Shown here: one piece after another, positions 44,491 through 58,340 of the stretch
Layout: each line of letters starts with the position of its first letter
How positions within the stretch are numbered: the first letter of the stretch is position 1
NCBI GenBank assembly: GCA_964016885.1
Contig: OZ024741.1
Span: 64,418,001-64,482,000 of the forward strand
Source: Eledone cirrhosa
Taxonomy: Eukaryota
DNA: 64,000 nt
Direction: 5' to 3'
Made by a program: the position numbers and the translations under genes
The notes under the pieces: generated by a model
Database searches by the model: none
What the model was told of the DNA's origin: nothing
Seen by the model: only the letters and a program-made list of their open reading frames with translations

Positions 44491-45879
44491 GGGCACCTGT
44501 ACCTATGTGTGCAAAATACACGCGCATACGTGTGAATATAAACGCACATACGTGTGAGAATGTGTATGTATACATAGTATGCTAACATATGTGTGCATGT
44601 ATATGTGTATGTTTATTTGTACATATGAGTTTGCTAATGTATATATGAGCATGTGTATTTGTATTTCCAAAATACACGTATACATACTTATATGGATGTA
44701 GTTGCGGTTGCGTATTTCGGCATGGTGGTTTGTATGTATATAAAAGTAGATATACGAAACTGTTTGTGTGTGTGTATGTACAATTGCATAGTTGTATGAA
44801 GGCATACATATGTATGTGTATATATGTGGGTGTATATCTGTATATGTGTGCCTGTATGTGCATGTATATATATATGTGTGTGTGTGTGTGTATTTTTCCT
44901 CTAACATAGATAATCTACACTTATTCACACGCCACTTAATTTATTTCACTATACTCCGACAGCAAAGTAAACCAGAGGCGTCACTTTACAATCATTAATC
45001 ATCGTAGACTAGTCCCAGACAATCACAAACTGATGTGTCTTTAACTCTCACCTCAAATTCTTCTACGGTTTTTAAAGACGCTTTCAAAGTTTACAATCTC
45101 GTACTTGTTTACATTGTCTATTTTATATTATTACTAGCAGAGGTACCCGGCGTTGCTCGGGTATTAAATAGCAGTTGTGTATACCATTTATGTCAATACT
45201 TCAGTGCTACTTCGAAAACTATACTTTTACAAAATCATCGGCTTTTTCCAAAAGAGAGTTCCTGCCCCCAGGGGTCTCCTACTCAATATGTGTAAGACAA
45301 ACGTAGCCCATGTGTCAAGTTTTGTGAAAATCGGTTGCGAACTCCAGAAGTTATGACGTTTTGTTGCATTGCACTGCAGTTCTTCAGTAGACTCCAAGGA
45401 AGTAGTTAAAGGGGGTTATCTGCCGGGAGGCCCTATAATCAATATCTGTAAAAATGAAAGTGCCCATGACCATCCGGAGTACATAAGTAACCCATGTCTT
45501 AAGTTTGGTGAAAATACTGTAGAAATGCATAAGGTTTATACACGCGCGCGCTTGTGTGTGTTTGTGCGGGTGTGTGCGCGCGTGTGGGGGGGGGGGCGTA
45601 TGTATTTGTGTGTGCGTATGTATGTGTATGTCCGTCGGGGCATAAGTATGTGCTGGCCTAAATCTTCACTATTTACTTTTTCTATTTTAATAACCTCTGT
45701 CATTTTCGTTTTCAATTTTATTTACATCATTCTTAGACTCTGGGACTGAAAATCATTGTTATGTTAAATAGAATATTAGTCTAACGACTCCATTTATACC
45801 ATAAACTTGGTCTTGTCTTTGCATGAAATTGTTCTTCTCGCTCCACATAACGAGGTATTATCCTGGCTTTTTTCCGTTC

Positions 45880-45980
45880 ATTGCCAGGGAACGTCTTCAC
45901 GAACCAAAATATCGTCGTCCTGTTTTCCTTCGGTTGGAACGTTTCTCCAAATATTTACTTCTGCGTTCACAGATTACTCT
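45880..45980. repeat. Inverted homolog of 8040-8150
   Basis: ctgtgaacgcagaagtaaatattt...ttggttcgtgaagacgtt shared; both lie near Helentron-like termini. Confidence 0.7.
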
Positions 45981-46220
45981 CAGTTCAATTTGAATGGGAA
46001 ATTCCTGTTTCATCGATTTTCTCCATAACCATTGAAGCTTGTACCCTAAAAGTCGACCCAACGCCTCCTCGAGTCATTCTGCATAACTGTGTAAATTTTC
46101 GCTGCATTCCACCAAGCCATTTCGACGTTTATCCGACTACACCTACTTACTTAAATATACAACATCCGACCACTTCCAATTTATATAGTAGATTATAACT
46201 TTGTTTTTACTATTATCTTC

Positions 46221-46290
<70 letters not shown>

Positions 46291-47240
46291 GAGGAGCAAA
46301 ACGAGGTTTCACATTCAGGTTTTTATTGATTAGGCTCAGTTACGGACGTTTCACAGATGGGTGGCTCAAGATCCATATTTGTGTTATAGACACGACTCCA
46401 GCCCCAATCTGCTCATAACACTTGTAAATCAAGCAAAACCATATGTATATATATATATATATATGTATATGAAAACGATACAAAACATGAAAACGATACA
46501 AAAACTAAACGCAACATATTCAACAAGCTGATAGAAGAATTTCCTGTTGTCAAAATTGAAGAAACATTCCTTCAAATAATAAACAGTTAAACGTATCTTG
46601 GTCAGCTTCTAAACGACACAATAATGGAAAGGAAAAAATATATAAAGGCGAATTCCCTTTTGCTAGCAAGCTTTCAAAGAGGTAGGTCCTTTTCATAAAA
46701 ACAAAATACTCCTAATCGTTTAAAGATGAGTATAAAACTGAGGCATCATTCCAACAATTCTATGTTGTGGGGAAACATAGACCCTGACAAGGGGCCGAGA
46801 AAATATTTACACAAATTCAGTTTTAAACACATTTTCGAAGTGTGTTTGAGTGTTTGTACGAGTGTGCATGTACGTAGGTCTGTGTCTGTGTTTCTGTGAA
46901 TGTACGTGTGTAATTGTAAGTGTGCGTAGGTGTGTGTGTGTGCTTCTGTATGTGTGAACGTGTATGTATACAAATATTCTTTTTCTGGTTTCAGTCATTA
47001 GACTGTGACCATGCTGGGACACTGCCTTGATTTTAGTTGACATATCAAGCCAGTGCATATTCTTTCAAGTCAGTTACTCATTTTATCGATTTCTTTTTGT
47101 CGAACCGTTACGTGATAAAAACCCAGACGCCGTCACAAACAGACATTGCACACGTACAAATACACATAAACATAAATGTGTGTGCGTATGTATTCGTGTG
47201 TATAAATACATACATATATACATGTGTGTTTGTGTGTACA

Positions 47241-47320
<80 letters not shown>

Positions 47321-48181
47321 CGATGGAGGTGTGGTGAGGAACCCGATGGACCATAACGCCAATATATATATTTCCATAAAATATATATATAGATAAAATA
47401 TATATATTGTTATACTTTGGGAGGGTTATGTTGCCAATAAGAAACACACGCACCAGTTGCTTTCACTTCAATTTATTATAATAAATTTATAATAAATTTA
47501 TAAATTTTTTAATTTCTGGTTGGTTGGTTGGTTCCACAACCAGATAGTTGTTTATATATAGTCATAGATCTTTCGTCACACACATGACCCTGCCAAAGTA
47601 TAACAATATCGGTTTCAACACACGATTTCAGATAAAGAATCTTGCTAAACAAATTCAGAAACGAAATAAAATATATATATAAAATATATATATAGATAAA
47701 ATATATATATATATAGATAAAATATATATATAAAATATATATACATATAAAATATATATATATATAAAATATACACATATATATACATAAAAAATACATA
47801 TATACATATATATATATATAAAAATATATATATATATATATATAAAATACACACATATAAAATACATATAATATATTTATATATATATATATAAAATCAG
47901 GTTCAATAAAACCTGATATATATATATATATAGCATTTCAAGAAGAAATTAGAATGGATGAATAAGAAAAAACTACAAGAAAGGAAAATCGAATATTCTC
48001 AAAAATACCCAGATAACATCGACAACATCCGTATGAGTGATGTAAAACTACCGGAAGAATTTACCAATGACCACACAGTAAATATCTATGGGAACACTAT
48101 GGGAACACTTTAATCAGTGAACAAGAACAACAAATCCTAAAGTTACCACCAAAATTTGCCATCTACAAAAAGATTAATCCT

Positions 48182-51133
48182 ATGGAATGCAAAACGGAGC
48201 TGGAAAAGTGTTTCACAAAAATACGTTGGAATGCAAAGGTAAACAACAACAACAATAATAACGGTAGTAGTAATATAAACAATAACTCTGGGTATAGAAA
48301 TAACAGCCATAACCATAACAATGGCAGGAAAGTGAGAAATAGTGATAATGGTAATAATACTAGCGATAGACAGAACAACAACAACCACAATAATAATAAT
48401 AATAGAAACGTTAACCACAGACACAGCAACAGTGACCACAGTAGTAATAACGGTAACAATACGAACAACAACAACAACAATAACCACAGTGGTAATAATG
48501 GAAATAGTACATGTAGCAACATCAACAAAAACAAGAAACATAATAATAGTAACAACCACAATGGTAGAAATAGCAGTAACAACAACAACAATAACGGTGA
48601 AGTAAACAACAATACATCTAGCAATCATAACAATAATAATATTAATGCTAAGGATAGAAACAACAACAACCACCATGATAACAATAATAGCAACACACAC
48701 AACTATGACGATAGAAATAACGACAACCCCTTAGAGAAACTATTTTTCAACCCAGCTGACAAAACATATAAGATGGGTAATATCTATCCTACGAGGTTAC
48801 CCTTTAATAAAAGAGTTTGCATACCACAACAAATAGATGACGAGACGGAGGCACAGTTCACCATAGCTAGAAATAAGATTAGACAAGTAGTAGACAGGTA
48901 CACTATGAGACAGAGCAGACCAGAGGCCCAACAACTTGGGATAAAACCTGTAGAAGGCTTGGTTAGCCTCAAGCAGCGCACAAGGGATGGTGAGGTAGTG
49001 TGTCTACCCACAGATAAGTCTGGTAGGATGTCAATAGATAGCATGCCGAACTACATCGAGGCAATGCAACCCCACATCACCAACACGAGCGAAGTTGCAC
49101 AACTAACACACGATGGGAGAGAAAAAATCCTCAACGCTCACATGATGATGTGGACTGACATCCTAAAGCCAAGCAGACGCACTGCCAACAACTTCCAGGC
49201 GTCTAACAATGGCATACCACCCTTGTATGGGCTCCGCAAAGACCACAAGACTGTCGACGACCCGACAATAGGACCACCAACAAGACCTGTATGCGGAGCT
49301 AATATAGCTAGCAACTACAGGATCTCCTACTTCCTCTCAATGGTTATACGCCCCATAATCAAGATGTCCCCAGATGTATGTGAAAGTACAGAGGACCTCC
49401 TCAGCAGAATCAGTGAGTGCAACAAAAACAGGAGCCTATCCAACTGCATAATAGGCAGCATGGATGTGGTGTCACTGTACCCATCCATTAACATTGATTT
49501 TGCTGTGAAAAGATGTGTGGAGATGATCATTGAGAGTGAGGTGGAGTTCTGCGACGTCGACACAGACGAACTGGGCCTCCTACTTAGACTTACCTACGAC
49601 ACTGACTACCTAGACAGCCATGACCTTAGATGTTTCTGCCCTAGTAGACCTATAAGAGGTAGACCCCCCACCATAACCTCAATGGCTAAAAAGACTCCCA
49701 TAGGAAGGTGGATTGGGTGGACCAAAGCTATACGGACCCCCCAAAACACTGATCAGGTAAGAAAAATGGTCGCACATGCAATAGGGGCTAGTATCAAAAC
49801 TACCCTAAAGGGCCACATATTTAAGTTCAATGAGAAAATCTACACCCAAAATGAGGGAGCAGCCATCGGCGTCAGCATAGCTGGCGATGTTGCCAACCTT
49901 TTCATGGTATGGTGGGAAAGGAGACTTAAAGATCTCCTTAATGAAAGCTCCATAGACCTCATCATGTACTCTCGTTATGTAGACGATATCAATATAGTTA
50001 TAAGAACACCCCCACTAGAGAGCACTAACAAGTTTGATTTAGAACGTAGCACGATGGAAAGCATCCAGCAGATAGCTAATTCCATACACCAGAGTATAAC
50101 TGTAACTATAGACTTCCCTTCCAAACACCCTAACAATAGACTACCTGTATTAGACACAGAACTCTGGATCAACACTATAGACGAGAGAGCCCAAATTCTC
50201 CACTCACACTATGCTAAACCCATGGCCTCCAAATACCTGATACTCAAAAACTCAGCAATGTCCAGTAGTGCTAAGTTTAATATTCTGATCGCAGATTTGG
50301 TACGAGTGATGAAGAATGTGTCCAGCATGTGCGACCCAACAGAAATGGAAGGACACATCCAACACTTCATCAACCGCATGCAGTTCTCTGGCTACAACCA
50401 AAGAGACAGAGTCAGAGTATACGAAGGAGCCATGGAAAAGTATAAGACCCTCATAGAACTGGACATGAAAGGAATTTGCCCACTATACAGGAGCAAATCA
50501 TGGAATAGCTTAGATAGGGCTAGACATAAGATAGGGAAGGCCACATCATGGTACGACAACCAGAGATATCAGAGTGTCATGTTTGTGGACGCCACCCCTG
50601 GAGGGAAATTAGCTAACCAGTGTAGAAAGGCCCTGAGAAAGACCCACTTAAAAATAAAGGTGGTAGAAAAGCCAGGAACCACCATAAAATCCCTGATCAG
50701 CAAAACCTACCCTTTTAAGAAAACCCACTGTACCAATAGGAAATGTATCATATGTAAGGTGAACCCCCGGATAAACTGTAAAACTAGAAACGTAGTCTAT
50801 AGCATAAGATGTACAGAGGGTACTTGCAGAAACACGACAACAACATACATAGGTGAGACAGCTCGTAGCATAGGTGAAAGGATAGACCAACACTGGGGGG
50901 AACTAAAAGGACGAAAAAACGGGTCAGTACTATACGAACATGCTAGACAACAACATGACGGTAACATAGACAACATAGAAATTAGAATAATATCTAAACA
51001 TAGGAATGACCCAGCAGATAGGCAAATCAGAGAGGCCAGTGAAATAGAAATTAGAAGACCAAAGCTAAACAGAAAGAATGAGTGGAACAACAACAACACC
51101 CAAACAAACAACACTGACCTAAGAGAAGTATAA
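48182..51133 (+). CDS. Penelope-like RT + C-terminal GIY-YIG endonuclease, 983 aa, with Asn-rich insert
   Basis: PTDKSG, PLYGLRKDHK, RPVC, SMDVVSLYPSI, GAAIGVS, RYVDDI, LPVLD, CxxxxCxxC linker, NVVYSIRC..YIGETARSIGERIDQH, IREA, LNR. Confidence 0.92.
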   Translation: MECKTELEKCFTKIRWNAKVNNNNNNNGSSNINNNSGYRNNSHNHNNGRKVRNSDNGNNTSDRQNNNNHNNNNNRNVNHRHSNSDHSSNNGNNTNNNNNNNHSGNNGNSTCSNINKNKKHNNSNNHNGRNSSNNNNNNGEVNNNTSSNHNNNNINAKDRNNNNHHDNNNSNTHNYDDRNNDNPLEKLFFNPADKTYKMGNIYPTRLPFNKRVCIPQQIDDETEAQFTIARNKIRQVVDRYTMRQSRPEAQQLGIKPVEGLVSLKQRTRDGEVVCLPTDKSGRMSIDSMPNYIEAMQPHITNTSEVAQLTHDGREKILNAHMMMWTDILKPSRRTANNFQASNNGIPPLYGLRKDHKTVDDPTIGPPTRPVCGANIASNYRISYFLSMVIRPIIKMSPDVCESTEDLLSRISECNKNRSLSNCIIGSMDVVSLYPSINIDFAVKRCVEMIIESEVEFCDVDTDELGLLLRLTYDTDYLDSHDLRCFCPSRPIRGRPPTITSMAKKTPIGRWIGWTKAIRTPQNTDQVRKMVAHAIGASIKTTLKGHIFKFNEKIYTQNEGAAIGVSIAGDVANLFMVWWERRLKDLLNESSIDLIMYSRYVDDINIVIRTPPLESTNKFDLERSTMESIQQIANSIHQSITVTIDFPSKHPNNRLPVLDTELWINTIDERAQILHSHYAKPMASKYLILKNSAMSSSAKFNILIADLVRVMKNVSSMCDPTEMEGHIQHFINRMQFSGYNQRDRVRVYEGAMEKYKTLIELDMKGICPLYRSKSWNSLDRARHKIGKATSWYDNQRYQSVMFVDATPGGKLANQCRKALRKTHLKIKVVEKPGTTIKSLISKTYPFKKTHCTNRKCIICKVNPRINCKTRNVVYSIRCTEGTCRNTTTTYIGETARSIGERIDQHWGELKGRKNGSVLYEHARQQHDGNIDNIEIRIISKHRNDPADRQIREASEIEIRRPKLNRKNEWNNNNTQTNNTDLREV

Positions 51134-51403
51134 ATAAATAAGTAAATTAAATTAAATAAAATAAGATAAATAAATACATACACAAGCACATAAACACACA
51201 CTAGTCACCCAGCAGACACAACACTATACACACTAGTCACACATCACACATAACACTATACACACACGCAAACGCATGCGCAAAGAAGACAAAATAAAAT
51301 AAGATAAACAAACAAGCAAATAAATAAATAAATATATAGACAGACTGAACAAAAAAAATGGCGTAGACATACAACACAACAGGAGGAACAATGAATATAA
51401 CAC

Positions 51404-51441
51404 CACTGACGATGTTGCAGATGTGCAACGAAAGATTTATG
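51404..51441 (+). ncRNA. Hammerhead motif in Penelope 3' pLTR
   Basis: CTGACGA t gttgca-gatg-tgcaac GAAA gatt TA tg; perfect stem II, weak stem I. Confidence 0.55.
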
Positions 51442-51668
51442 TAAACTATATATATATGTGTTTGTCTATATTGTATCTGTATTATTTTTGACCGCCGGTC
51501 AGTCAATGGCAACATTGAGGACCGAGTAAGTTAGATCGCAGATATATATATATAAAAGACAGCGAGAAGCGAAAACCAACCAAACAGTGAGTGTGTTCTA
51601 TTATTAATTCTGGCAATATTACGCAAATATGACCCTCCCCAAATATAACAATATATATATATATATAT

Positions 51669-51877
51669 AGGAAAAGAGTCAGGACCCCGACGGCTGAGCT
51701 CCGGCTGTTTCGACAGCTAGATCTGAACTAAAGATTTAGTTCCGATCTACCTGTCGAAACGGCCGGAGCTCAGCCGTCGGGATCCTGACTCTTTTCCTAT
51801 TACCCACTCTACTACCCTAAGTATCGAGTACTCTGGTGCGTTATGGTCCACCTGGTTCCTTGCCACACTTCCTTCGT

Positions 51878-51879
<2 letters not shown>
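51669..51879. mobile_element. Foldback unit (arms 51669-51800) plus tail; relatives at 29715-29760, 30890-31022, 47319-47362
   Basis: aggaaaagagtcagga.cccgacggctgagctccgg mirrored; tail tacccactctactaccc.aagtatcgag shared with 30957. Confidence 0.8.
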
Positions 51880-51955
<76 letters not shown>

Positions 51956-52012
51956 GTAACCAGTATATGGAAGGGATATATTAGGTTAACGCTTGATATA
52001 GCAGGAAGAGGG

Positions 52013-52048
52013 TCTTAACGTTTCGGACGCTAGTCCTTCATCAGAAGA
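52013..52048 (-). ncRNA. Canonical minimal type I hammerhead ribozyme
   Basis: tctt CTGATGA a ggac-tagc-gtcc GAAACGTT A aga; palindromic AACGUU stem III. Confidence 0.78.
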
Positions 52049-52134
52049 AAGAATGAGAAATAAGATAGATTGAGGGGACGGGTGGGTTGAAATTCTGCGT
52101 GTGTGTGTGTGTATGTATCTATATGTGTACATAC

Positions 52135-52181
<47 letters not shown>

Positions 52182-52497
52182 GGCGGTGTGCATGTGTGTG
52201 TAGGGGATTATATATATGTAGGGCATTGGCGATGTTAAAAGCCATAAATTGTAATTTTAATCAATGAATAACTCTCCACGACCAATCCTAGATGTTTAGT
52301 TAGTCTATTGACATCTACAGGATGTTACCATGATCAATACACTTTACTGATGTGTCATTGTATGTTAGACTTAATGACTAACTAACTTTAATCATTTACA
52401 TATTTACCAAGCTCTCTCTCTCTCTTTCATCCTCTCTCCCTCCCTCTCTCTTTCTCTCTCCCTCTCTCTTTCGCCCTCTCTCTTTCTCCCTCTCTCA

Positions 52498-52535
<38 letters not shown>

Positions 52536-53685
52536 CCTCTCTCTTTCTCTCTCTCCTTCTCTCAATCTCTCTCTCTCTCTTTTTTTCTCTCTCTCCGTCT
52601 CTCTCTAAATCTCTCTCTGTTTATGCAAATGTATGTCTATATGTGTAAACTTGTGTGAGCCTGTGTGTGTCTGCGTATCTGTCTCTGTGTGTGTGTCTGT
52701 GTATGTATGTGTGTGCGTGCGTGTGTGTATGTATGTATGTATGTATGTATGTATGTATGTGTGAGAGAGAGAGAGAGAGCATGTCTGCGTGTGTTTCAAT
52801 CAAATCAAATCAATCACTCTTTCGAAATTTGCCTATCACAAGTGGTAAACTACTAGCAAGCCGGGAGCCCAAGACTTGGTTTCAACACTATATTGCAGAG
52901 ATCTCCCTTCAGAAACACAAATAATTCAGACCAATCAACGATGGGATGGGAGAGGGCTGCGTGGCTGTTTGATCTATAAGAAATACTAGTCAAATTGTCT
53001 AAATACCACAGCTTATAAACTGGAGGACATGTTCGATAATGTAATCTTGTATACAATTGTCTGCTAAATAAGATGGAGTGGTTATGACAGGAACTCTTTA
53101 ATCAGAACTGACCTGAAGCCGAACAACAACAACAACAACAAATACTGGAAAAATGTACGAACGCTACCATGCTCCTGTCATCCCTCTAAAATACAAAACC
53201 TTTGCACCTCCATTAACTAGGAATTTTCAGTGTGGCTACGATTTGTTTGTGGGGTATTGAACTAAATTACATTCATTATCTAGAGTTGTCGAGGTTAACT
53301 TTGCCTTTCATCCTTACTGGGTCGATAAAATAAAGTACCAGTAATGTACTGGGTAATTGCTGGCCTTGTGCCAAATGTAGAAATAATTATCTAGATTCAA
53401 ACCTCTACATTCTATGTTTAAGATCCTCTAATGTCAGTAAACTTTGCTTTTAACCCACCTGGGGTAACAAACAAAACTATTGCGATCCAGTAATGATCCC
53501 CTATAGGCGGTAAATTTGCAGAGTCGTTAGAACGTCGGATAGAATGATTTACGGTATTCTTTGTGGATCTCTACTCTCGGAGTTCAAATCCTGCCGAGGT
53601 CAACTTTGCCTTTCATCCTTTCGAGGTCGATAAAAAGTGCCAGTCTAATACTGGGGTCGATTCTTCCCCTATATTTCTTTCTCAG

Positions 53686-53726
<41 letters not shown>

Positions 53727-55549
53727 AAGAAATCTGTTGTACTCAGGCCTGGAGAGGGATGGGCTCCGCCAGGCTTAAAATGCTCAACAAACGCCGTATG
53801 TCAATACGACGCCCTTACGACTCTATCAGGAGTTACGGGACCATACATATATACATGCATGCAATGGTCCTATATCTAAGGAAAGCAATATTTATTCAAT
53901 TTGCATTCTACTCCTATTTTTTACTTTAGAGAAAGATGAGCCAAAGAACGATGTCTCTCTTACCTACTAGAAATAGCAACCAAATCTCCCTGAAATCATT
54001 TTAAATGCAATCATATGATTGTCTACAGGAACAAGTTCCAGGAAAGAATATAGTAGATAGCATATACCTCAGTACAACACTGGTATATATTGAATCAACA
54101 AGGGAATCTCTATGTGGTCCCTATATATACTAGAAATAGCAGCCAAAACATCCCTTGAATCTTGCATACACATAAACAATCACACATACACATACACACA
54201 TATACACATGCACGTACACAGGCATATACAGATACACATACAGATACGTACACGCACACATACACGTGCACGTACACAGATACATACATGTACACACAGA
54301 AACATACATGTGCACGTAAACAGAGACACACACATACAGACGCGCGCGCGCGCGCGTATACGCATACATACACCTACGCACACATATACATGTACACAGA
54401 CATATACACGTAGATCCACGCACATAAGCGTATACACATACGCACACATATACATAGTAGACACACACACACGTACACACATACGCATACACGTACACAT
54501 ACAAATACGCATTCACATACACACGCAGATAACATACACACCCACATAAGCGTTCACATACACGCACACACATATACGTACACACACAAATACACGTTCA
54601 CATACAAACACACACATAAACGTACACATACGAGCACACATATACGCACACAAACACTCACATACACATACACACACAAATACGCGTTCACATACACATA
54701 GCGTAAACAAAAGAACACATATACGTACTCACACACGCACATATATACCTACATACATACATACATACATACATACATACATACATACATACATACATAC
54801 ATACATGGTGGCTGCCAACTCGTTTTCGAGTACGGCCACTACTTTATATCAATGTAGGAGAACCCCTACCGATGCGCTGAACGAGTGTGACTTTTTAGTC
54901 CAGCCAGCGACTTGAAAACTCTGGTACAAACACTACACTTGTGACAATTATTGACTCATAGTGCTGGGCCCATGGTACCATGTGACGACAAGTGCAGAGA
55001 GATCTCCAGATATAAAGCAATGCCTGTGCCGTGAAGCTTTTATAGTGAGCAAAGGCACTGCACAAAGCCAGTCCCACTCTCTTAACCAAGATGATATTTA
55101 CCAAAAAGAAGAACATGTCAACATCATTGGATACCATCAGAGTTGCAGGTGTTATATCAGAGTTTTCCTTCTCCTAGAATTCTGCCTTGACAAAGGCTAA
55201 GGGGTCATCTCTCCCGGTGATTTTGGATGGCCATTGATTCTTAAGAGCTCCTTTGCCCTTTGACAGGTTTTGTTTTTAGTCCTGCAGGATGTCCAAAGTC
55301 ACCCTCCTCACCAAGAAACCTTGGTGGGGTTGCCAGTTTAGTCGCCAACGACCCGACCATGAAACAGGTTGTACTGGGATACATGTTACCAGTAGCACCA
55401 ACTGGTGACCTGACATACATACATACATACATACATACATACATACGTACGTCTATATGTGTGTGTATGTGTATATGCGTGTGTATGTCTATGTATGTGT
55501 CTACGCGCGCGCGTGTGTGTGTGTGTGTGTATGTGTGTGTCTCTCTGTT

Positions 55550-57290
55550 TACAGCTTGGCTGAACCTATTCCTCCAAGATCACTGTGACAATAATAACAT
55601 CATCACAGATGAACAAGCAGCTGGAAAGAAAGGGGTTTGGGGATGTGCTGAACAACTCCTAATCAACAAAACTGCGATGTCGGAGGTGCGACAACTGAGG
55701 AGGAATATGGCTACAGTCTGGCTGGACTACAGGAAAGCTTTCGATTCTGTTCCCCACTTTTCGATGATAGAGGTCCTCCAACTTGCTAAAGTCCCAAACA
55801 ATATTGTCAGAGCCATAGAGAAGCTGTCTTCTTCTTGGGCTACTATCCTAAAGTTAAAGACAGAGAAGGAGGACTCTATTTTTATTGATAAAATAAAATA
55901 TTGCAGGGGTATATTTCAGGGGGACAGTCTCTCTGTGATATTATTCATCTTGTCATTAAACCCCTTGTCCTTTCCGCTCAAGAAATGTGAAGGGTACATC
56001 ATTGACTCACAGGAGGACAGAAATACGAACCTAACCCATAATTTCTTTGTGGGTGATCTGAAACTCTATGCCAAGAACATGGATGGAGTTTGGCCAAGAT
56101 AAATACTCATATATGACTGTAAAGCGGGGAAAAACAACAACCCAATCTAGCAACATTGTCATCAATGGTCTAACTGTTTCACCGATATCTGATGAGGACT
56201 GCTACAGATACCTGGGAATAGATGAGAACATATCCTATAATGGTATCTGTCATAAGGTACGGGAAACCAGGGAATACTACAACCGATTAAGAAAGATATG
56301 GTCATCGGAAATCTCTGCGCAAAACAAAACAGTAGCTGAATGTGTTTGCTGTGCCTGTCCTAACACCAACGTTTGGAATACTCAATTGGACGATAGACGA
56401 AATCTGAGCAGCTGATGTTAGAACTCGGAAAATACTAAACAACAGCGGAAACTTCCACATCAACAGTGACATAGACCGCTTTTACTTGAAACGTAAGCAG
56501 GGAAGCAGAGGACTAAAATCAGTCCAGGCAACATTTGAATGTCGCATCGTATACCTCCGACAACATCTACGAACCTCTAAGCGTAGGAACCCGTCTCTCG
56601 AGCAAGTCTATCTGCATGAAACAGATAAGATCATGAGAGTTGGGAAAGATTTTCCCTGTGTGATAATCAAAAACTCACACCCAGGGAAGTCGTTCAGCAA
56701 TATCGCAGTGAATCCATGGATGAAAAACTGCATGCTTATCAGCAAAAAAATCATGCATGGATATGTCTATCGTGGACCAACAACTGCTATATTGGCTCCC
56801 ACTTTGAAGAATACGCTTTTGCAATCCAAGAACAGGAAATTAACACGAAATACCTGATTCACAAAAGAGATAGGGATGCAGGCAAAACACCTAGATATGA
56901 TAACAAGTGCAGACTCTGCAGAATTAACATCGAAGATGTCACCCATGTCATCAGCAGCTGTCCAAAGATGTCATCGCAGTACTATCTACCTGTAGTGGCC
57001 AAAACACTGTACAATACAATCCGTAGAAAAGATAGCCCCGATAATAAACACATTAAAAGCTACAGCAATGTGGAAGACATCCATGTACATAATATGAAAG
57101 AGTACTGGTGGAATGTTCCAGTAAAAACCCCAATAAAATGCAGGCATAACAGACTAGATATTATGATATGGGACAGGGAAAAGAAAACATGCACAGTAGT
57201 GGAAATTAGCTGCTCAGCAGATGCCAATATAATATCAAAGATTAGCGAAAAGGAGAATATTTATGCAGAACTACTATTCTATCAACTTGA
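55550..57290 (+). mobile_element. R4/Dong-type non-LTR element, degenerate fragment
   Basis: VWLDYRKAFDSVPH, GIFQGDSLS, CRLC...EDVTHVISSC, restriction-like HNRLDIMIWD..VVEISC; frameshifts and deletions. Confidence 0.85.
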
Positions 57291-57384
57291 CCTCTAACTA
57301 CTTTTCTATTGGTCAATTCAAAACCTGTTCCCAAACAGACCTTTTATATTAAATCTTTGTTGTTTTTTTTCAATAAACAAATCT

Positions 57385-57518
57385 CATCATTTCTGAAGAC
57401 AGCATGGATATGTGAAGGTATGTATATTTCCTCTGATAATTTGTAATATTTTTACATAGATCTATAGGATATACATACCAACACACATATACATCCTAGA
57501 AACGATCGTAAAATGGTG
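57385..57518 (+). ncRNA. Type I hammerhead ribozyme with long stem II
   Basis: catcattt CTGAAGA ..(about 100-nt hairpin ggtatgtatat/atatacatacc).. GAAA cgatcg TA aaatggtg. Confidence 0.68.
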
Positions 57519-57751
57519 AATTTTTTAATATAAGGAACTTGTTCTTTGTTTTTATTTCATTGTTTTTATTAATTTATCTTGACTCTGTTTTCCTATGATT
57601 TTCATCGAAAATTTTTGAATGCATCTTCTCTTTTCATGATATTTGGATTACATTGAGTTCTTCATACGGATTAGACACTACCGTATATTTTGGTAGAATT
57701 ATCTATCTATCTATCTATATTTATATATATATAAAGAAACATATCTATCTA

Positions 57752-57869
<118 letters not shown>

Positions 57870-58152
57870 GAAATGAATATCCCCACAGGTACTAAGTACC
57901 CCTGGAAATATATAGGGTGTCTATGATACAGTGGTTGTTCTATGGTATTAATTTGACATACCAGAACTATAAAATTGAAATATGCGGAGCAAGTAAAATT
58001 CGTGAGAGACAACACGTCTATGTTTACTTCCTGCTTCTACTAAGGGCTGGTTCATGCATAGGTCAAGTTTACGGCCTCATTCGATCCTGTGCTTGCTGGC
58101 AGGTGGCAATATATTTAGCCGTTCTTGGGACTTCTGTCCTGGGAAAGGAAAA

Positions 58153-58234
58153 TGTTCTCTGATGATCCGAACATTTCCATTGGAGATCCCTAGGATCTCC
58201 AATCCTTTGTAAGGTGAAACCGTCGGTAAAAGCA
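58153..58234 (+). ncRNA. Type I hammerhead ribozyme
   Basis: tgttct CTGATGA ..ttggagatcc-cta-ggatctccaa.. GAAA ccgtcgg TA aaagca. Confidence 0.62.
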
Positions 58235-58340
58235 AATGGATTAGGTAAATATTTAAATTATATTTTTTTATTTATTTAAGAAATTGTTTAAGTTTTACTT
58301 GCTCTGCTTATCTCAATTTTATATATATATATATATATAC

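Larger units (their letters stand above)
47935..51655 (+). mobile_element. Penelope-like retroelement, 5' truncated, with 3' pLTR containing a hammerhead
   Basis: Long RT + GIY-YIG ORF, 3' region with CTGACGA..GAAA, flanked by (TA)n. Confidence 0.9.

Noticed and set aside
45045-45120. Strong minus-strand donor gag|GTGAGA at 45051 as the upstream coding exon
   Set aside because: The required phase contains a TAG four codons upstream; could only be a UTR exon, unsupported.
48143-48700. Hydrophobic V/I/L-rich minus-strand ORFs resembling membrane proteins (also 193-831, 39827-40231)
   Set aside because: Antisense shadows of A/C-rich low-complexity regions in retroelement ORFs.
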